From a bacterium (lineage in GTDB: Bacteria; SAR324; NAC60-12), in assembly GCA_965233585.1 (NCBI GenBank), contig CBDDTI010000509.1, forward strand, positions 1 through 10,367: 10,367 nucleotides of DNA. The letters are read 5' to 3'. This document shows positions 8,725 through 10,367 of this stretch, piece by piece (the stretch's first letter is position 1; each line of letters opens with the position of its first letter). The translations under genes were made by a program, and so were the position numbers. The notes beneath the pieces are model-generated. The model saw only the letters and a program-made list of their open reading frames with translations. It had not been told where the DNA came from and searched no databases.

Positions 8725-9059
8725 CATCCATGAGCTGCTCAGGGAGCCTTTGATTAGTCTCGTCCCCATAAATTGTAATCTCAGAATATTCCAATTGGTT
8801 TTGTAATCGTCTCTTGCGATGCTATAATTCTCTAACATCGATTTGACAGTAGGCCACTTCCCTTTTGTCTCAGGCTATGAATGTGGTCGCCATGAGCAAC
8901 ATTCCACAAACAGGCTTTGTCTTTCTAATAGGCACTGAGTAACTCTATCTCCCCTTCCCTCCAATTTCTTTCTTTCTTTTCCTTCCCTTTTCTATGGCCT
9001 GCTTGTGGTTCTTCTACTTCGACTTCGCGTACCGGATTGTTGCAATATTTAACAACATA

Positions 9060-9378
9060 CAATTTATATTCAGTAATTCAAATTTTTCTTCAGTAATTCA
9101 TATTTTTGTTCAGTAATCGTCATTTTTAATTCAGTGATTCATATGTTTGTTCAGCAATCGTCATTTTATGTTCAATGTGTCATCTTTTTGTTCAGTAAAA
9201 CTCATTTTTAATTCAGTGATTCATATTTTTGTTCAGCAAAATTTATTTTATGTTCAATGATTTTTATCTTATTCAGTTAATGATGATATATTCACCACTG
9301 TTTTTATTCAATAAAATTCTCAATTTTTGTGCATGACGTCAAAATTTTATTCAACTCGTCCAATTTTTATTCAATAAT
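9060..9378 (+). repeat. Degenerate AT-rich minisatellite, 20-21-bp period, ~16 units
   Basis: TTCA(G/A) anchors at 9069, 9089, 9109, 9130, 9150, 9171, 9191, 9212, 9232, 9253, 9272 ... 9350, 9370; 82-bp higher-order repeat (9121 vs 9203). Confidence 0.9.
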
Positions 9379-9387
9379 TTCCGCTGT

Positions 9388-9434
9388 CCTATTGGTCAGA
9401 GGATCAACAAAGTCACATTAAAAACAAAATGGCG
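9388..9434. promoter_or_regulatory. Candidate promoter motifs: reverse CCAAT box and YY1-like site
   Basis: CCTATTGGTCAG (9388-9399, NF-Y-like on the minus strand) and CAAAATGGCG (9425-9434). A second YY1-like AAGATGGCGG lies at 9832-9841. These are motif matches only. Confidence 0.35.
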
Positions 9435-9460
9435 AATATGTATGGTAGCCAAATTGTAGC

Positions 9461-9781
9461 AAAATTCAACAATAAAAATTCGTATCAAAACCAACAACTT
9501 GATACCTAACTCAACAAATCTATCTCAAGGTCAACACTGTTTACCTGTCAACTTCAACAACTCTATTTTTAATTCAACAATTTCCTCTCAATATCAACTC
9601 CATCAACTCCTCAATTTCAACATGGTAATCAGTCTTAAAATCAACAGCAAAAATCAACTTCAAAAAAATTTTCTTTGCTGCTGGATAAACTCTTGCTCAT
9701 ATCTAATTTTCAACAATCTAAAATCTGTCAAGATCAACGATTCAAAATTCGTGTCAACAACTCAAAATTTCGTGTCAACAA
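9461..9781 (+). repeat. Loose array of TCAAC(A) motifs, often ~20 bp apart
   Basis: Anchors at 9466, 9511, 9531, 9554, 9574, 9594, 9617, 9641, 9710, 9734, 9754 and 9775. Confidence 0.75.
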
Positions 9782-9834
9782 ATTGGGTCCGAGCTGGTCC
9801 GTTTCTACCCAGAGAGTCTGGGGAGATTTATAAG

Positions 9835-10037
9835 ATGGCGGACGGCAGTGACCGTGAGGTAACACAAGCTGATCAAAATGATATAAATAGTCAATGGACT
9901 GTTTATTTTTTACAGATTTAGATGAGTTAGTGAGTGAATGTGAGCAACATCGGTCAACGACTGACATCGCAATAACGGAAAACTTGACTATTCGTTTGAA
10001 AAATGTAGTTCGAGCTTTGCAAAATGGTAGTGTCTAG
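9835..10037 (+). pseudogene. Broken ORF start: MADGSDREVTQADQNDINSQWTVYF / TDLDELVSECEQHRSTTDIAITENLTIRLKNVVRALQNGSV*; product unknown, possibly transposon-derived
   Basis: ATG in an AAGATGGCGG context. The frame changes at the T-run 9906-9911. The second frame (9912-10037) gives a protein-like amphipathic helix pattern. Confidence 0.4.
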
Positions 10038-10146
10038 ATACCTGGCAGCCGGGAAGTGTTTCTAAAATACTACATACCCTGCGGTCCAAAATTATTCCAG
10101 AATTTCCACGGAAAAACTCATTGGTCCAATCTTTCTTAAAACTGTA

Positions 10147-10322
10147 GATCTTTGTTTAGAAATGTCAAGCGATTTCAATTATAATTTTGGCTTTGTGGTT
10201 GAGGAAATATTCGAGCTTGGAATATTTCTACAAAGCTTGAAGTTTGAACCCTGTGAGAGTATTCGATATTTGTTCAGAAATGCAAAGCGAATCTAAATAA
10301 TGTTTCGCTTTTGTTGTGGTCG
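10147..10322 (+). repeat. Degenerate direct repeat pair, offset 118 bp
   Basis: GATCTTTGTTTAGAAATGTCAAGCGA..TTGTGGTTGA (from 10147) and GATATTTGTTCAGAAATGCAAAGCGA..TTGTGGTCGA (from 10265). Confidence 0.6.
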
Positions 10323-10367
10323 AATTCTCTTGGCTTCGGTATACTATAAGAACTTCGACTCACGGGC

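Larger units (their letters stand above)
4234..8755 (+). mobile_element. Non-autonomous Helentron-type element (HINE/DINE-1-like), family B, with nested insertions
   Basis: In order: T5 (4234-4238); subTIR GCTCATGGATG (4239-4249) inside a palindrome; (TCAC)n; central ~148-bp repeats; exact 3' subTIR CATCCATGAGC (8725-8735); hairpin GCTC-AGG-GAGC (8737-8747); CTTTGATT. Confidence 0.72.

Noticed and set aside
8944..8992. Polypyrimidine tract as a splice acceptor or terminator
   Set aside because: No adjacent AG with a credible exon; low-complexity sequence only.
9499..9834. N-terminal part of the 140-aa ORF
   Set aside because: Non-ATG start; the N/Q/S-rich translation is a by-product of TCAAC repeats.

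Overview
AT-rich eukaryotic, essentially non-coding DNA. The repeat types resemble those I associate with anthozoan (coral/sea anemone) genomes; this is recollection and not verified. No intact protein-coding gene, RNA gene or CRISPR array is supportable, and the supplied ORFs look spurious. Most of the window is a nest of non-autonomous transposons. (i) A head-to-tail dimer of a Helentron-type (HINE/DINE-1-like) element (614-1487 + 1484-4030): copy 1 carries a ~400-bp MITE, and copy 2 carries a foldback-like element with inverted 16-bp minisatellite arms. (ii) A second, unrelated HINE-like element (~4234-8755) with a perfect 30-bp palindrome, a (TCAC)n microsatellite, ~148-bp central repeats, and a distant 3' subTIR plus hairpin. 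It hosts a PIF/Harbinger MITE (TAT TSD), a Tc1/mariner-like MITE holding a LINE 3' end, and a Mutator-like element with a 10-bp TSD inside another decayed MITE. (iii) At the right end, two ~20-bp-period arrays flank CCAAT/YY1-like motifs and lead into a broken ORF (MADGSD...).
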